Source: Lysobacterales bacterium
Lineage (GTDB): Bacteria > Pseudomonadota > Gammaproteobacteria > Xanthomonadales > S139-57
DNA: 50,217 nt
NCBI GenBank assembly: GCA_015485125.1
Contig: WFUE01000115.1
Span: forward strand, 1 to 50,217
Direction of reading: 5' to 3'
The first letter of the stretch is position 1; every line of letters begins with the position of its first letter. A program made the position numbers and the translations under genes. The notes beneath the pieces were generated by a model. The model was not told the DNA's origin and did not search any database. It worked only from the letters and a program-made list of their open reading frames with translations. This document shows positions 48,833 to 50,217 of the stretch, piece by piece.

Positions 48833-50164
48833 TCAACCTGGATTTCGGTTGATGGCTTTCAGCGCGGTCAGCAATTGCCCGATTTCATCCGGGGTATTGA
48901 AAATCTGCGGCGTGACACGCACACAAGCGCCACTGGCCAGGCCCTTGCGCACCACAGTGAATACACCGAACTCCCGTTCGATGCGTGATTGCAGCGCCTG
49001 GGCATGGGCAACCGAAGTACGCCCGCGAATGCGAAACGAACCCATGCCGGTCCGGGAAGCCTCATCTGCACCACCCAGCAACTCGATATTTTCCAGTGAT
49101 TCCGCTTCATTCATCCACAGGCTGCGCAGGTAATTCAGCCGGGCCTGTTTGTGCTTGCCACCGATGGCCTGGTGAAAGTCCAGCGCCGCCGGAACGCTGA
49201 TCATAGCGGCAAAATTTGAAGTAGCGATGTGCGCCCGGTTGTGAATGTGGTTTTCTTCCGGGTCCGACACACCGGGAAACGGAGCAATCTTGTGTAACGC
49301 GCTGCGGCGAATGTACAGGGCACCAACACCCACGGGCGAACCGATCCATTTGTGCAGATTGAAGACGGCGAAATCCACATTCAGCTCGTCCATGGTGTAA
49401 TCCAGCAATCCCCAGGACTGAGCATTGTCACAAAACACATCCATACCCTGTTTGCGAGCCGCCGCCACGATCTCTCGTACCGGCACCACCAGGCCATGCT
49501 GGTTGCTCACGTGGGTCAGTAACAGCAGGCGCGCCTGGGGATACCGCTTAAAAGCCTGCAGATAAACATCCAGAATCTGCTGCTGGCTGGCTCTGGGCGG
49601 AAGAGTCAGCATAACTGGCTTGACCCCATAGGCCGAACCCATCCAGACCATGTTACGTTTGAAGGCTGGATAATCCACATCGGCATACAACACCACGTCA
49701 CCAGGCTTTAGGCCTCGATACTGACGAATCAGATTGAGAATGGATTCACTGGCATTGCGGGTCAGCACGATTTCATCCTCGCCCACCCCCAAAGCCTCGG
49801 CGGTACGCCGCACACTCCAGGCCAGATCAGCGTCGTAGTCCTTGCGCGCATAGAAGGCATTCTGCCGGTTGATACGGCGTGTGGCTTCCAGATAGTGGTT
49901 CAGCACCGGTGTCGCCATCTTGCCCCAGTAACCATGCTCCAGATTGACAATGCCTCGGGTCTTTTCATAAAAACGCGCCACCTGCCGCCAGTAGCGCTCA
50001 TCGCGAGCAACCGCCTCCGGGCTACCGCTCGCCAACGGTTGCACCAGTTGCTGAAACTCATCCACGACTGCGTTTGCCCGTGCCGGTGAGAGCAGGCCTA
50101 GGCAGGGCAGTGCACAGGCACCTTGCAACAACAAACGCCTGCGTGCATTGATGGGTGGCTTCAT
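48833..50164 (-). CDS. Class V-fold PLP-dependent enzyme (isopenicillin-N-epimerase / cysteine-desulfurase-like) with a twin-arginine signal peptide
   Basis: Starts MKPPINARRRLLLQGACALPCLGLLSPARA-NA: an RR motif, a hydrophobic core and an AxA cleavage site. The PLP lysine is in FNLHKWIG. About 443 aa. Confidence 0.8.
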   Translation of the reverse strand: MKPPINARRRLLLQGACALPCLGLLSPARANAVVDEFQQLVQPLASGSPEAVARDERYWRQVARFYEKTRGIVNLEHGYWGKMATPVLNHYLEATRRINRQNAFYARKDYDADLAWSVRRTAEALGVGEDEIVLTRNASESILNLIRQYRGLKPGDVVLYADVDYPAFKRNMVWMGSAYGVKPVMLTLPPRASQQQILDVYLQAFKRYPQARLLLLTHVSNQHGLVVPVREIVAAARKQGMDVFCDNAQSWGLLDYTMDELNVDFAVFNLHKWIGSPVGVGALYIRRSALHKIAPFPGVSDPEENHIHNRAHIATSNFAAMISVPAALDFHQAIGGKHKQARLNYLRSLWMNEAESLENIELLGGADEASRTGMGSFRIRGRTSVAHAQALQSRIEREFGVFTVVRKGLASGACVRVTPQIFNTPDEIGQLLTALKAINRNPG

Positions 50165-50217
50165 GGCGCGCCCCCTGTGATCGTGACCGTACCAGCTTGC
50201 CATCCGCAGCCAGATCC

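Overview
High-GC proteobacterial chromosomal segment. The gene content (aa3 oxidase, glycolate salvage, type IV pilus, cell-envelope housekeeping) suggests a gamma- or beta-proteobacterial autotroph, but I cannot name the organism. It is almost fully coding: about 48 CDS, most tightly packed or translationally coupled. I saw no rRNA, tRNA, CRISPR, transposase or integrase.

Gene order, left to right:
- tail of a Bat (aerotolerance-type) operon, comprising a QQN-repeat protein and batD
- a glyoxylate aminotransferase divergent from glcDEF
- a complete aa3 cytochrome c oxidase structural and assembly cluster on the minus strand: coxB, ctaD, a small ORF, ctaG, coxC, an antisense DUF2909 gene, SURF1, an SCO-like gene, ctaA and cyoE
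- putA
- an orphan exeA/gspA-gspB pair
- a secreted CE4/DUF2334-like deacetylase
- pilMNOPQ with a 764-aa Ig-like lipoprotein gene fused onto the 3' end of the operon
- an orphan ModA-like binding protein inserted between pilM and mrcA (PBP1A)
- a nucleotidyltransferase-fold gene, gltA and a Cys-less L31 paralogue (rpmE2)
- a three-gene MoxR-AAA+ / HExxH-VWA / unknown operon
- prc, lipA, lipB, ybeD, dacA, rlpA and mltB
- a REC-REC-PAS-GGDEF-EAL protein, ubiC and a Tat-signal class V PLP enzyme

Most worth a second look:
1. The MoxR / HExxH-VWA / unknown operon, which sits behind a Fur-family-type palindrome and is divergent from the zinc-independent L31 paralogue.
2. The large Ig-like lipoprotein translationally coupled to pilQ, with the orphan ExeAB pair and the deacetylase beside it.
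3. A perfect FNR/ANR box placed to occlude the coxB 5' region. Its geometry also fits a class II promoter firing toward putA.

All calls come from reading the translations and the sequence by eye. Start codons are best guesses, and no database search was run.
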